Shown in pieces: positions 31,751 to 41,781 of a stretch of DNA of 64,000 nucleotides. A model generated the notes under the pieces. That model was not told the DNA's origin and ran no database searches. It saw only the letters and a list, made by a program, of their open reading frames with translations. Every line of letters starts with the position of its first letter. The stretch's first letter is position 1. A program made the position numbers and the translations under genes. Source of the stretch: Longimicrobiales bacterium (GTDB lineage: Bacteria > Gemmatimonadota > Gemmatimonadetes > Longimicrobiales > Gaopeijiaceae); assembly GCA_965218295.1 (NCBI GenBank), contig CBDCKN010000003.1, positions 384,001 to 448,000 on the forward strand. Direction: 5' to 3'.

Positions 31751-34117
31751 GTGAGGGTTCTAAACGTGATATGGACAGGGGTGGCCGTGAGCGTCTTGAT
31801 GGCCACGCCTCTCTCCGGCCAGGGCTACGGACAGTCCGTAGCCGTTGGGGATGGTGAGGTGATCGTCGGGGAGTCGTTGAACACGATGGCCCCCGGATAC
31901 GTGTACGTGTACCGGAAGGGCGTCGGTGGAGAATGGACCGAGGCCCAGCGCCTCGAGGCTTCCAACTCGGCCAAGGGCGACCATTTCGGCCGGTCTCTCG
32001 CCCAGACCGGGAACCACCTCCTGGTGGGCTCGACGACCCTCGAGACGGTCTACGTCTTCGAGAAGGACGCGAGCGACGCCTGGCGGGAGACCCAGAAGTT
32101 GCAGGCAAGGGACGGCACTGAGGGTGACTACATCGGACGGCTCGCCGCCGTGGACGGTGACAACGTCCTCATGGCCACCTGGGCCCATGCCGAAGGCCGT
32201 GGCGCCGTTTACGTCTTCCACCGCGACACCTCCACCGGTCGCTGGAGCGAATCCGCCAAGCTCATGGGGAGCGACATCGAGCCCAATGATTGGTTCGGGA
32301 TGTCGCTGGCCATCGAAGGCGATGTGGTGCTGATCGGCTCACCCCGGAAGGACGGCAATACCGGTGCCGTGTACGTCTTCCGCCTCGAAGAGACGGGCGC
32401 GTGGACGGAGCAGGCCAAGCTGACGGGGGCGGGCACCGCCGCAAACAGCCGCTTCGGCTCGTCGGTGGCCCTGAGGGCCGGTCGCGCCATCATCGGCGCG
32501 GCCACCCATCAGCAGGGTGTGGGAAGGGCCTTCGCGTACACCTTCGATGAGGACTCAGAGGAGTGGGAGCCGGGACCGACGCTGAAGCCGTTCGACGGCG
32601 GAACGCCGGGCACGCAGTTTGGGGCCTCCGTCTATTACGGCCAGGACGAGGTGTGGTTCGGCGCCCCTGGAGCGTCGGGCTTCAAGGGTCGGATCTACGC
32701 CATGACCCAGGACGCCACCGGCGAGTGGACGAACGCCACGAAGATGTCAGCCGGCGAGCTCGACGGGGGCGATCAGTTCGGTGGCACGTTCGCCGTCAGC
32801 GGCGACGTTGCCGTGGTCGGCGTCGTCGGAGACGACTATGGCTTGGGCACGGCCACGATCTTCGAGCGGACCGATGACGGATGGTCCGAAGCCGCGAACG
32901 TATTCAGCGAGCCCATCAGCTTGGAGGCCGTCACAGGAGATCAGGTGGATTGCTCGGAAGGTACCGCGACCCTCTTCGATTGCAGCGATATCGACATGCT
33001 CTCGTTCGTTCCCGTCCAGGATCTGGGCGGGAGACGGGGCGTTCAGGTGAACGACCTCTGGGGCTGGACCGACCCGGAGTCGCGTCGGGAGTACGCCCTG
33101 GTCGGCCGCTACGACGGCACATCGTTCGTCGACGTGAGCGACCCCTCCAACCCCCGGTACCTCGGGAATCTGCCTTTGACGGAAGGGGCCCAGGGCAACT
33201 CCTGGAGAGACATCAAGGTCTTCGACAATCACGCCTTCATCGTCGCCGACGGCGCTGGACAGCACGGCATGCAGGTCTTCGACCTGACGAAGCTCAGGAA
33301 CGTGAACGACGCGCCCGTGACGTTCGAGGAAGACGCCCATTACAGCCGCCTCGCGAGCGCCCACAACATCGTCATCAACGAGGACACCGGCTTCGCCTAT
33401 GCGGTGGGAGTCAGCTCGGGCGGCGAGACGTGTGGTGGTGGCCTCCACATGATCAACATCCAGGATCCGCTGACACCCATCTTCGCGGGCTGCTTCCAGG
33501 ATCTGTCGACCGGGAGACAGAACACCGGGTACAGCCACGACGCGCAGTGCATCACCTACCACGGGCCCGATGAGGAGCACAGCGGACAGGAGATCTGCTT
33601 CGGGGCCAACGAGACGGCGCTGAGCATCGCCGACGTGACGGACAAGGCAGCCCCGGTTGCACTGTCCAAGGCCACCTACCCCAACGTCGGGTACACGCAT
33701 CAGGGCTGGATCGATGAGGAGCACGAGTACTTCTACATGAACGACGAGCTCGACGAGATCGGCGGTGGCGTCGAGCAGACCAGAACTCTGGTATGGGACA
33801 TCAAGGATCTGGACGACCCGATCCTGGTCAAGGAATACTTCGCCGACAACACCTCGTCGGACCACAACCTCTACATCCGCGGTGACCTCATGTATCAGTC
33901 CAACTACATGAGCGGACTGCGGATCCTGGATATCTCGGATCGCGAGAACCCCGAGGTCGTCGGGTTCTTCGATACGGTTCCGTGGTCGCCCGACGCCCCC
34001 GGATTCGACGGATCGTGGAGCAACTATCCGTACTTCGAGAGCGGTATCATCGTGGTAAACAGTGGCGCGGAAGGGATGTTCATCCTGCGGAAGCGGGAGC
34101 GGAACCTGATCCCCTGA
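31751..34117 (+). CDS. Secreted choice-of-anchor B family protein with FG-GAP repeats
   Basis: Signal peptide; repeated FGxSxA blades; NDLWGWTDP, WRDIKV, HDAQC, YTHQGW, GSWSNYPYF. Confidence 0.92.
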   Translation: MRVLNVIWTGVAVSVLMATPLSGQGYGQSVAVGDGEVIVGESLNTMAPGYVYVYRKGVGGEWTEAQRLEASNSAKGDHFGRSLAQTGNHLLVGSTTLETVYVFEKDASDAWRETQKLQARDGTEGDYIGRLAAVDGDNVLMATWAHAEGRGAVYVFHRDTSTGRWSESAKLMGSDIEPNDWFGMSLAIEGDVVLIGSPRKDGNTGAVYVFRLEETGAWTEQAKLTGAGTAANSRFGSSVALRAGRAIIGAATHQQGVGRAFAYTFDEDSEEWEPGPTLKPFDGGTPGTQFGASVYYGQDEVWFGAPGASGFKGRIYAMTQDATGEWTNATKMSAGELDGGDQFGGTFAVSGDVAVVGVVGDDYGLGTATIFERTDDGWSEAANVFSEPISLEAVTGDQVDCSEGTATLFDCSDIDMLSFVPVQDLGGRRGVQVNDLWGWTDPESRREYALVGRYDGTSFVDVSDPSNPRYLGNLPLTEGAQGNSWRDIKVFDNHAFIVADGAGQHGMQVFDLTKLRNVNDAPVTFEEDAHYSRLASAHNIVINEDTGFAYAVGVSSGGETCGGGLHMINIQDPLTPIFAGCFQDLSTGRQNTGYSHDAQCITYHGPDEEHSGQEICFGANETALSIADVTDKAAPVALSKATYPNVGYTHQGWIDEEHEYFYMNDELDEIGGGVEQTRTLVWDIKDLDDPILVKEYFADNTSSDHNLYIRGDLMYQSNYMSGLRILDISDRENPEVVGFFDTVPWSPDAPGFDGSWSNYPYFESGIIVVNSGAEGMFILRKRERNLIP

Positions 34118-34150
34118 ACTACTCCATTTGAACGACTAAGACGCATCGCG

Positions 34151-34822
34151 CTAACCCAGACTGTGAATGCCGCATTCCGTTCGGACCCGTCCCCTCCACC
34201 TGCCAGCCCGCTCGTGCTCGCCTGAGGACACGGGCGTCGTCAGAGGCTCGTCGCCGACGCTGGCATAGCCGAGATCATGCAGGGGGTTGTACGGCACATC
34301 GTTGGATCGAATGAACGACCAGACTTCGTCACCGGTCCAAGACGCCAACGGATTGATCTTCACTCGATGGTTGATCTCTACATGTTGGAGACCGGCACGG
34401 CTGGACGACTGGTCCCGTCGCCGTCCCGTGATCCAACCCTGGACGCCACGGAGGGCCCGCTTCATGGGTCTGACCCTGGTGAGCTCATGAAAGTGATCGA
34501 GATCCCGCTCCCAGAGACGCTCCCCGTGGGCCCGCTCGAAGTCTTCTCGAGACTCGGCTGCCCGGTAGAATCGCACGTCGAGGCCGTAGTGGGCCTTCAC
34601 CCGCTCGGCATGCTCGAGAGTCTCGGGGAAGTGATGAAGGGTGTCGATGAACACGACCGGGACTTCTGGCGCGATCTCGGCCAGGAGGTGGATAGTCACC
34701 ATTCCCGTGGGCCCGAAGGACGTGCATAGGACGAGGTGATCCCTTGCCACGTTCTCCACCGCCCACCGGATGATCTCCGAGGGATGCCAACGCTCCAACT
34801 GCGAGACCAGTGTCTCCGCCAT
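34151..34822 (-). CDS. cysH: PAPS/APS reductase lacking Fe-S cysteines
   Basis: TSFG, FIDTLHHFPET, TGRRRDQS, KINPLASW, ERAGRW, ECGIH. Confidence 0.95.
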   Translation of the reverse strand: MAETLVSQLERWHPSEIIRWAVENVARDHLVLCTSFGPTGMVTIHLLAEIAPEVPVVFIDTLHHFPETLEHAERVKAHYGLDVRFYRAAESREDFERAHGERLWERDLDHFHELTRVRPMKRALRGVQGWITGRRRDQSSSRAGLQHVEINHRVKINPLASWTGDEVWSFIRSNDVPYNPLHDLGYASVGDEPLTTPVSSGEHERAGRWRGRVRTECGIHSLG

Positions 34823-34866
34823 CGTTCTCCTTGTGCTCCCCCGGGGTCGCCCCCGAGATGAAATAG

Positions 34867-34901
34867 AAAAAAGGACCGCCGGTGTGCTCCGGCGGCCCTT
34901 C
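34867..34901 (-). terminator. cysH leader terminator T2
   Basis: AAGGGCCGCCGG-AGCACA-CCGGCGGTCCTT then TTTTCTATTT. Confidence 0.88.
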
Positions 34902-34917
34902 CTGGCCCTGGTTCGCC

Positions 34918-34956
34918 AAAAAGAAGACACCACCGGGAGGCTCCGGTGGCGTCTTC
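34918..34956 (-). terminator. cysH leader terminator T1
   Basis: GAAGACGCCACCGG-AGCCTC-CCGGTGGTGTCTTC then T5. Confidence 0.88.
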
Positions 34957-34980
34957 GGGACGGTCAGCGCATGATATGTA

Positions 34981-35052
34981 TCAGTGCGCCCCCCGATGCC
35001 CCACCGGGCTCGGTTGGCAACAACACCGACAACAACAGCATGTGAGTCGCAT
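34981..35052 (-). CDS. Poly-cysteine leader peptide MRLTCCCCRCCCQPSPVGHRGAH
   Basis: 7 Cys in 8 consecutive codons; GAAGGA RBS; lies upstream of cysH and two terminators. Confidence 0.92.
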   Translation of the reverse strand: MRLTCCCCRCCCQPSPVGHRGAH

Positions 35053-35085
35053 TGACAGCGTCCTTCGTAGTGGCTTGAACAGGTA

Positions 35086-35113
35086 ACACTAACCAGCGGG
35101 ATCGATCTGTCAA
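35086..35113 (-). promoter_or_regulatory. Sigma70-like promoter for the cys leader
   Basis: TTGACA-N16-TAGTGT. Confidence 0.65.
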
Positions 35114-35140
35114 GACCGGACCGAAGTTGTGATCCGTCAT

Positions 35141-35168
35141 TTGACATGACGCACAGATTCGCTATCGT
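35141..35168 (+). promoter_or_regulatory. Sigma70-like promoter for the pro leader
   Basis: TTGACA-N16-TATCGT. Confidence 0.65.
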
Positions 35169-35206
35169 CCCACTTGATCACGTGGACCTTTTCGACTGGA
35201 CAGACC

Positions 35207-35302
35207 GTGAACCAGCACGCACGACCGCTACGCCGACCGCGAAACCAACGTCCGTTTCCTAGGGAGCAGGCGCGTCGTGTCTTGCGTGGGGAGAACCGAT
35301 AG
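35207..35302 (+). CDS. Putative Pro/Arg-rich leader peptide of the pro operon, MNQHARPLRRPRNQRPFPREQARRVLRGENR
   Basis: GTG start (in-frame TTG at 35174 is also possible); Pro codons at 35225, 35237, 35252, 35258; 3' half is complementary to the terminator 5' arm. Confidence 0.65.
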   Translation: MNQHARPLRRPRNQRPFPREQARRVLRGENR

Positions 35303-35333
35303 AGCCACCTTCGACCCCAGAAACGCGACGTTC

Positions 35334-35368
35334 GCCGGCCTCCGTTCCAGGAGCCGGCTTTCTTGTTT
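35334..35368 (+). terminator. Putative attenuator terminator before proC
   Basis: GCCGGC-C-TCC-GTTCCA-GGA-GCCGGC then TTTCTTGTTT. Confidence 0.65.
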
Positions 35369-35382
35369 CCAAGAGGTTTTCG

Positions 35383-36228
35383 ATGTCCGCAGACAAAGCA
35401 ACCGAATCATCGTCCACCACCCTGGCTATTCTCGGCGGCGGCAATCTGGGCCAGGCACTTGTACGCGGCTGGGTACGCAGCGGGACGCTGCGGCCCGATC
35501 AGATCCACGTCACTCGCCGGCGTCCGGACGGGCTGGAGGAGTTGGCCGGGGAGGGTTTCGCGGTCGGGACCGATAATCGCGTTGCCATCCAAGGAGCCGG
35601 TACGATTCTGATTGCGGTTCAGCCTCAACAGATCGCGGATCTGCTCGAGGAGATCCGGGACGATCTCGATCCCGGCCGACACAAGGTCATCTCGGTGGTC
35701 TCCGGCGTGACTATCGCCCAGTTGCGGGAGATGATCCCGGCTCCAATTCCGGTGGTCCGAGCCATGCCGAACACGGCCGTCTCGATCGGAGAGTCCATGA
35801 CGTGCCTCTCGGCCGGCCCCGACTCGATCGGCGGCCTCGACGAGGCGGAGGCCCTCTTCGACGGAGTGGGACTCACGCTCCGGATCGAGGACGAGATGAT
35901 GCTCGGAGCCACGGCTCTGTGCGCGTGCGGGGTAGCGTTCTTTCTTCGATCCGTTCGGGCGGCCTCCCAGGGCGGTATCGAGATCGGCTTCCACCCCGAA
36001 GACGCTCTCCTGCTTGCGGCGCAGACCGCGAGGGGAGCCGCTTCGCTCACCCTCCGCGAGAACCATCATCCCGAGTCGGAAATCGACCGGGTCACGACGC
36101 CACGGGGCTGCACGATCGCAGGGCTCAACGAGATGGAACATCAGGGTTTCAGCTCGGCGATGATCAAAGGCTTCATTCTTTCCGCCCGCAAGGCCGGTGT
36201 CCTCTTCGACGACGGGGACGCCGCGTGA
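35383..36228 (+). CDS. proC: Pyrroline-5-carboxylate reductase
   Basis: ILGGGNLG, VRAMPNT, VTTPRGCTIAGL. Confidence 0.96.
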   Translation: MSADKATESSSTTLAILGGGNLGQALVRGWVRSGTLRPDQIHVTRRRPDGLEELAGEGFAVGTDNRVAIQGAGTILIAVQPQQIADLLEEIRDDLDPGRHKVISVVSGVTIAQLREMIPAPIPVVRAMPNTAVSIGESMTCLSAGPDSIGGLDEAEALFDGVGLTLRIEDEMMLGATALCACGVAFFLRSVRAASQGGIEIGFHPEDALLLAAQTARGAASLTLRENHHPESEIDRVTTPRGCTIAGLNEMEHQGFSSAMIKGFILSARKAGVLFDDGDAA

Positions 36229-37505
36229 CCGTCACCACGGAAGCCGGCCGGGACTTCGGCGCACTCCGCCGGATCGTGGTTAAAGTCGGGAGCAGCATCA
36301 TCGCGCCCGCGGGGCGGCTCGATTCGCTCGTCATCGAGCGTATCGCCAAGGACGTCACGGCACTGCGTGACGAGGGCCTTGAGGTCGTACTGGTCGTGTC
36401 GGGTGCTGTCGCGGCAGGATACCTCGGAATGGGAAGGAATCAGCCCCCGACAACGGTCGTCGAACGGCAAGCGGCCGCGGCGGTGGGGCAGTATCAACTC
36501 ATGACGATGTTCGCGCGGGAGTTCGAAAGGTGCGACACCGTGGTCGCGCAGCTCCTCATGATGCAGGAGGACGTCGAGGACCGGCGCCGGTTCCTGAGCG
36601 CGCGGCACACGCTGCAGGAGCTCTTGTCGCGGGGTATTCTTCCGATCATCAACGAGAACGACCCGCTCGCAGATGACGAAGCGAAGATCGGAGACAACGA
36701 CCATCTCGCGGCGCTCGTGACGAGTCTGACCACCGCCGATCTCCTCGTGATTCTGAGCACAGTCGCCGGCGTACTTCGGTTCAACGATGACGAGGAAGAG
36801 GCCACGGGCGGCGCCACCTACCATACCCCCGAGGATGCGACCAGAGAACCCGGTTGGGATGGCGCTGGAGAACCTGCTGGGGACGGCGCCGGAGAGCCCA
36901 GCAACGGTGGGGAGGATAACGACCGGGCACTCCCCGCCGAGGTGATCAGCACCATCGAAGTCGGCTCTGAGATCGACCGCCACATCACCGATGACCAGAG
37001 TGAGACCGGTGTAGGAGGGATGAGGGCGAAAGTCCGGGCAGCGAGATTGGCGAGTGACTGGGGGGTCCCAACCGTGATCGCCTCGGGCAAGGAGCCCGGA
37101 CTCCTCACACGCGTCGTGAACGGCGAAGAAGTCGGATCGCTCTTCGTACCGGGGACCAAGCGCCTCACGGAGCGCAAGCGGTGGATCGCCATCCGTACCC
37201 GTTCGCGGGGATCGATCGTCGTGGACGACGGCGCTAAGCGCGCGCTCGTCGAACGTGGGGCCAGCCTCCTGCCCATCGGCATCGTCGACGTCGAGGGCGA
37301 CTTCGGGATCGGTGAGCGTGTCGACTTGGTCGATGGAGACCGGGCGGCCTTTGCCGTGGGTCTCGTTTCGTACCCGGCGTCTGAGATTCAGCGCATGAAG
37401 GGACGGCAAAGTGAAGAGTTCAAGGAAGTGCTGGGGTACAGGTACGTGGAGGAGATCGTACATCGAGAGGATCTGGTTTTACTCGACCTGAAGACCAACG
37501 ACTGA
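36225..37505 (+). CDS. proB: Glutamate 5-kinase with PUA domain and an acidic insertion
   Basis: IVVKVGSS, VSGAVAAG, PIINEND, GDNDHLAA, GVGGMRAK; GTGA overlap with proC. Confidence 0.96.
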   Translation: MTVTTEAGRDFGALRRIVVKVGSSIIAPAGRLDSLVIERIAKDVTALRDEGLEVVLVVSGAVAAGYLGMGRNQPPTTVVERQAAAAVGQYQLMTMFAREFERCDTVVAQLLMMQEDVEDRRRFLSARHTLQELLSRGILPIINENDPLADDEAKIGDNDHLAALVTSLTTADLLVILSTVAGVLRFNDDEEEATGGATYHTPEDATREPGWDGAGEPAGDGAGEPSNGGEDNDRALPAEVISTIEVGSEIDRHITDDQSETGVGGMRAKVRAARLASDWGVPTVIASGKEPGLLTRVVNGEEVGSLFVPGTKRLTERKRWIAIRTRSRGSIVVDDGAKRALVERGASLLPIGIVDVEGDFGIGERVDLVDGDRAAFAVGLVSYPASEIQRMKGRQSEEFKEVLGYRYVEEIVHREDLVLLDLKTND

Positions 37506-37570
37506 GAGAGTTTCGACGACGGCGCCGACGCGGCCGACCGGGATGGCTTGAACAACAGGGAGAACAGGGG

Positions 37571-38815
37571 ATGAGTGAGGTACGGACGGCGGCCGAGGCC
37601 GCACGGGACGCCGCACAGCATGTGGCGACGCTCACGACCGAGCGGAAGAACAACTACCTGCGTGATTTGGCGGGAGCGCTCGTCGCCGCGGAGGAGGACA
37701 TCCTCCGAGCCAACGCCGGGGACATCGCACGCGCTGAAGAGGATGGACTGTCGACGCCTAAGCTCAAGCGACTGGGCATCACAGCAGAAAGTCTCGGGCA
37801 GATGGCGGAGGGACTGAGGCAGGTCGCGGACCTCGACGACCCGGTCGCACAGGTCACGCGGGACCAGACACTCGAGAACGGTCTCCGCGTAACGCGAGTG
37901 CGCTGTCCGCTCGGCGTCGTGATGATGATCTACGAGTCACGCCCCAACGTAACGATCGACGCTTTCTCCCTTTGCTTCAAGTCCGGTAACGCCTGCATCC
38001 TCAAAGGGGGCAAAGAAGCCCAAGCGAGCAACGAAGCGCTCGCCGAAGTGATCCACGCCACGCTTCGCGAGCAGGGGCTGCCCGAGGAAGCACTCGTGCT
38101 GGTGGGGTCCGGCGGACGGGAGGCCGTCGCCGAGCTGCTCACCTTCGACGACTGCATCGATCTGGTCATCCCCCGCGGCGGCGAGACGCTGATCCGCTAT
38201 GTGAGTCAAACTTCCTCCATTCCAACCCTGCAGCATTTCCATGGGATCTGCCACGTGTACGTCGACGCTGACGCGAACCTCCCTAGTGCCTTGGAGATTT
38301 CGGTCACGGGCAAGACCTCTGCGGCGGCCACCTGCAACGCGACCGAGGCGGTCCTGGTGCATAAGGACGTGGCGACGACGTTCTTGCCCGATCTCGTCGC
38401 GGCCTACCAGGAGGCGAGCGTCGAGGTACGAGGCGACGAGGCCGTGCGCGCCATCGCCCCGAATGTGACGGCCGCCGCGCCGGACGACTGGGGCAGGGAG
38501 TTCCTCGATCTGATCGTGGCGGTGAAGGTCGTTCCCGACATGGACGCGGCCATCGATCACATCCGCCGCTTCGGCTCCGATCATACCGACACCATCGTCA
38601 CTGAGAACGCGGAGACTGCCGCGGCGTTCACGCAGCGGGTCCAGTCGTCCTGCACGCTGGTGAACGCTTCGACGCGCTTCAACGACGGGTTTCAGCTTGG
38701 CATGGGCGCCGAGATCGGCATCAGCACGTCCCGTGTCCATGCCTACGGGCCGATGGGCCTGGAGGAGCTGACCTCACAACGGTTCGTGGTCGAGGGGGCT
38801 GGGCACGTACGGTGA
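37571..38815 (+). CDS. proA: Glutamate-5-semialdehyde dehydrogenase
   Basis: IYESRPNVT, IPRGG, CNATE, NASTRFNDG, EIGIST. Confidence 0.97.
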   Translation: MSEVRTAAEAARDAAQHVATLTTERKNNYLRDLAGALVAAEEDILRANAGDIARAEEDGLSTPKLKRLGITAESLGQMAEGLRQVADLDDPVAQVTRDQTLENGLRVTRVRCPLGVVMMIYESRPNVTIDAFSLCFKSGNACILKGGKEAQASNEALAEVIHATLREQGLPEEALVLVGSGGREAVAELLTFDDCIDLVIPRGGETLIRYVSQTSSIPTLQHFHGICHVYVDADANLPSALEISVTGKTSAAATCNATEAVLVHKDVATTFLPDLVAAYQEASVEVRGDEAVRAIAPNVTAAAPDDWGREFLDLIVAVKVVPDMDAAIDHIRRFGSDHTDTIVTENAETAAAFTQRVQSSCTLVNASTRFNDGFQLGMGAEIGISTSRVHAYGPMGLEELTSQRFVVEGAGHVR

Positions 38816-41352
38816 CAAGGCCGGAGCGAGATCGCAGCAAGGGCCTTTGGTTGCAGTGGGTCTCAGCTACGTTGACTGATCATGAGGACCGGGCACCCTA
38901 TGGCCTGGGCGATCTCCAGCATTTTCTCACCGAAGACCTTCCGCCGTCTGTCGATCCGTTTGAGGCCGAGGATCACCAGATCACTTCCGGCCGCCCTGTC
39001 AACGACTTCTGCCACCACGTCGTCGCTCATGACCACGACTCCTTGGCTCACCCCCGGAGCCTCGTCCTGCGCCAGCTTTCGGAGCTCGTGATCGGCCCGA
39101 CGGACGGTCTCGCGGTTCGCACTCGCGGGCAGGACACGCAGGAACGTCACCTCTCGCTCGTCGCTCTGGGAGAGGCTGCCCAGGAGGCGCGCGCGAATCG
39201 GGCTCTGGAACCTTGCACCCCCCGAGGGGACCAGGATCCTCCTCGCCTCGAAGAGGTCCCAACCAGTGGGGGCCCCCAGAATGACCACATCGGCATCGAC
39301 CCTTCCGATCAGTCGCTCCAGCGGCCCAGCCATGAGCGACTTGCCCAGTTGGCCGACACCGAGGAGCAGACTCTCACAGCGGGTCCGTGCCGCCACCCGA
39401 GCGATCTCTTTCCAGGGGTCGTCACTGATGGTGATCAACGCCTCGGGCCTGAGGTCGGCCGAGAGGGCTTTGGAGAGCGCACCGCCCAGTATGGACTGCG
39501 CGTCCACCAGCTGGCGCGGCAAGCCGTCGGCGGGCCACTCGTCCGGCTGGCCGACCACCGAGAGGAGGAGAACCCGTGACACGGATCGGGGCGCCAGCGC
39601 GTGGGCCATGGTCACCAGGATTTCCGTGCTGGCGGGATTGGCGATCGGCACGAGAGTCAAGGGGTTACGGCCCCGCAAACGCATGAGCTGCGGATCGAGG
39701 GCCTCCGACGAGGCATCCACCACCCGGGCCCCATGTGCGAACTGGGTTAAGTACAGGATGGCACCGAGGCTCAGCCACAGAGCTGCCAGAACGCCCGCAG
39801 AGGGCACCGCCAGAGCCTGGAACATCGCCAGAGAGAGGCACGCCACGCCGCCGACAGCCGGAATCAGCGGAAACGCTGGGGTCTGGAACGGGCCGGCGTC
39901 GCCCGCCCGCGTTCGAACGAGATAGGCGATCCCGTGGGCGATGGCGAAGCTGGTCAGAAAGATGAGTCCCGACATCGCGCCCGCCGCCGCCACGTCGGGG
40001 ACCGCGATCAGCAGGAACCCCACGGTGACCCCGGTCAGCTGGATGGCGCGCACGGGCGTGCCCCGATCGGGAGTCACGTGGTCCAGCCACCGCGGCAGGG
40101 TGCGGTGCGACGCCATGGTCCTGGCAAACCGCGACGCAGCCAGCAGGTTGGCATGCAGCGCGGAGAGCATGGATAAGACACCCGCCACGACGATCAGCCA
40201 ATAACCGGAAGGACCGAGAAAATTGCCTACGGCTACCGCCACCAGGATCTCCGGGTTCTCCCCGGCCAGGGCGGCGATGGACTGGCCCGGCGCGCCGACC
40301 GCGACGATCAGGAACAGCAGCGGGAGGTAGATAACGAGGGCTACACCGAGAGAGAGCAACATGGCTCGAGGAATCGTTTGGTGATTGTAACCCTGTTGCA
40401 CGGGATACTGCGCATCAGTTAGCTTCCGGTGCATGGAAGACAAGACCGGGCATATCACTCTCTGGAGCGCCGTGTGCGCCGCCGGAGCTGCCGTGATAGC
40501 TGGTTTTGGCATCCTTGGGGCAACCCTTCTCGTGGGCGGCGCTTTGGGAATCGCGGAGTCGCTTCGTGCATATCGGCCCATCGTGCGCCCCAAGCCACGC
40601 TACGATGCAAGCCAGGGTTTCCGGGCTCGCGTAAAGATCCACAACAAGGGTCGGGTGGCTGCAAAGAAATGTGCCGTGCGTGTTGTGTCCGTTCGTGAGA
40701 TTAGGCCAGGTGGTGTCCACCGCCGCTCCGATATCCCAACAATCCGCCTGCACTGGCAAGACACGGGCGGCGATCTACTCGATATTGTCGCTGATGACGA
40801 CCCAGGGATCGAAGTGGTGTGCGCTGACTTCCCGCATCCGGTGGCCCGCCTCGGCCCTCACAAAATCTGGGAGGGGGGCATAACCCTCATTACGCTACGG
40901 GTTACGGGCGAGAACATACGTGCCGTCCAGTGCACTTTCTTTTTCTCCTGCCACCATCGCCGATATCACGCGGGATGGCGGTGGGAAGAATGGCGCACCC
41001 CTTGGTATGCGCGGACTCGGCTACCGCCTCTACCGAGTCTCGCCTCGCCGCTTGCATCTGAGAAGGCGTCAACAACAGTTCATCCCGAGACGGCACCCTA
41101 CAGGGTTTCCCGTTGGAATCAGTATCCCAACTACGAGTGCGGGCAATGCCCGTTCAAGAACCTCGACAAGAGTCTACTGGTCCGCCACCTGAAGAACGAC
41201 CATGGGATTGAAGTCGATCCCGATTCTATTCCTGACGCCCCCAACCGGGGTGTTGTCTCCCTCTCTGCCAACTTACGTGAGACACGGAACGCCTAAAGAA
41301 TTAGAGTAGGGCGAAGGCAGAGAAACCGAGGATGCTGAGAGACCGAGAGAGA

Positions 41353-41781
41353 ATGAAAGAGAATGGAATAGCCCCACTAACATGGCAGGGTAAGCGAAGC
41401 GCGGCAGCCGTCCCGGACCCGGAGGTCGTGGATAAGCCGCTCCACCGCCGGTTCGCTCCGTCGTACAAGCTGCGGATCGTCGAAGAAGCGGACCGGTGCA
41501 CGGAGTCCGGAGAGGTCGGCCGACTCCTACGGCGCGAAGGCTTGTACTCGTCGCACCTGACGACATGGCGCAAGGCGGCGCATAGCGGGTCCCTGAAAGC
41601 GCTGTCGAAGAAACGAGGCCGTAAGCGCGAACGGAATCCTCTGGAGGAGAAGGTGCGCAAGTTGGAGCGTGAGAACACTCGCCTCGAGAAGGAGCTCCAG
41701 AAGGCGCACCTGATCATCGACGTCCAGGGAAAAGTTGCAGGGCTGCTGGGATTGAGCCTCGAGGACGGAACGCACTCATGA
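41353..41781 (+). CDS. IS3-like transposase OrfA (HTH plus coiled coil)
   Basis: RRFAPSYKLRIV, LLRREGLYSSHLTTWR. Confidence 0.9.
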   Translation: MKENGIAPLTWQGKRSAAAVPDPEVVDKPLHRRFAPSYKLRIVEEADRCTESGEVGRLLRREGLYSSHLTTWRKAAHSGSLKALSKKRGRKRERNPLEEKVRKLERENTRLEKELQKAHLIIDVQGKVAGLLGLSLEDGTHS

